Shown here piece by piece: positions 63,126 through 64,000 of a DNA stretch of 64,000 bases. The notes under the pieces were generated by a model. That model had not been told where the DNA came from and searched no databases. It saw only the letters and a list, made by a program, of their open reading frames with translations. The translations under genes and the position numbers were made by a program. Position 1 is the stretch's first letter. Each line of letters opens with the position of its first letter. Source of the DNA: a bacterium (GTDB lineage: Bacteria > UBA8248). Where the stretch lies: NCBI GenBank assembly GCA_965261085.1, contig OZ253442.1, forward strand, positions 4,192,001-4,256,000, read 5' to 3'.

Positions 63126-63590
63126 CTAGTTTAAGGCCTTGTATACCTCTCGCCATTTGTCCAGCACTTCATTGTGTTCTATCCAGTAGCCTGGCCACGG
63201 GTCTTTGTTGTCGCGTATGTCTTGTGACCATCCCCTAGAACGTTCGAGGAATTTCTTTAACACGTGATCTTCACCCGTATAAAATCTGATGGAGTTTTTC
63301 GATTGAATATCAAGGCTCGTCGTCGGCGCAACATCCCAAAAACGCAATCCGGGGAGGTTCTCCTCGAAACAGCGCCCATATACATTGTTTGTCCTGTAGA
63401 TGATTTCATGCTGCTTTATTAGGGCTTTCTTCCTCTCCAACGATTCCCGATATGCTCTCGCCTTCCCTTTGCATTCCACGAAAACTTTCCTGTGCTCAGC
63501 AATGGTTCTTGATTCCCACTCTGCCATTTCCTCGATTGATTGACACCCTGAAATACCTAAAAGAACAGCAAGAATGACCATATGTTTCAT
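63126..63590 (-). CDS. Hypothetical lipoprotein
   Basis: Lipobox signal MKHMVILAVLLGISGC; AAGGAG RBS. Confidence 0.7.
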   Translation of the reverse strand: MKHMVILAVLLGISGCQSIEEMAEWESRTIAEHRKVFVECKGKARAYRESLERKKALIKQHEIIYRTNNVYGRCFEENLPGLRFWDVAPTTSLDIQSKNSIRFYTGEDHVLKKFLERSRGWSQDIRDNKDPWPGYWIEHNEVLDKWREVYKALN

Positions 63591-63841
63591 GTTTTTCTCC
63601 TTTACAACTAATCAATCGTCTATTCGAAAATTAAATTGATCTTCTGTTTTTGGGTAGGCCCTCACAAGGGCGCAATAAAAATGATTCCAATTCCCCGCTG
63701 GAGAAGCTCGCATCAACGCCATTACTCCGACTAGATGCCCCCTGAGTTTTGGATGTCCGTATTCGGGAGTGAACCATTTGTTTTTCATACCGAGGGATTG
63801 GGCGCCAGGTCAAAATTCTTTCCCGAAAAGGATGGATACGA

Positions 63842-64000
63842 TTATTCTTTCTTTCCCCAGCCACCACCGCCCGGCGTTTCAAGACGTACCTTGTCTCCAG
63901 GCTTCGCTGAAAACCGGGCTTTACCGGAGAATTGCTGATTCTCGCCTTCCCTGATGAGCAAATTCCGGCCTTTCATCCCCGGCTCCCCTCCTTGCAGGGG
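63842..64000 (-). CDS. Hydantoinase B/oxoprolinase-family protein, C-terminal end (partial)
   Basis: Manual translation ...LQGGEPG...SGKARFSAKPGDKVRLETPGGGGWGKKE*. Confidence 0.85.
   Translation of the reverse strand, partial: PLQGGEPGMKGRNLLIREGENQQFSGKARFSAKPGDKVRLETPGGGGWGKKE

Overview
Bacterial chromosomal window, mostly housekeeping and metabolic genes: a partial LysR regulator divergent from gltBD, metF, peroxiredoxin, sodA, divergent tRNA-Thr(CGT)/tRNA-Lys(TTT), fumC, acnA, rlmN, an nth-like glycosylase, folD-xseA-xseB-ispA-dxs-tlyA, cysE-iscS-iscU, greA and a class IV aminotransferase. Main accessory signals: (1) an AhpD/CMD-family gene that the ORF track splits at an in-frame TGA; read through, it gives CxxU followed by a SECIS-like hairpin, so it is probably a selenoprotein, and it sits in an operon with four MaoC/hot-dog proteins, an ADP-forming acyl-CoA ligase and an SDR just downstream of tRNA-Lys; (2) an intact 3.3-kb IS1595-family element with perfect 21-bp inverted ends and a target duplication, carrying a methyltransferase-nuclease fusion and a hicBA-like pair; (3) small cassettes: a DUF6978/DUF1828-like pair, an HNH gene between degenerate direct repeats, and a DUF5678-like plus aspartyl protease pair; (4) a fused FeS-subunit/molybdopterin enzyme with a His-rich membrane partner; (5) a SelA/DgaE-like gene that appears to start at ATT, a frameshifted Nudix gene, a palindromic MITE/REP-like element, and a drop in GC from about 36.7 kb. 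No CRISPR array or rRNA was seen. All family calls come from reading motifs by eye; no database searches were run.
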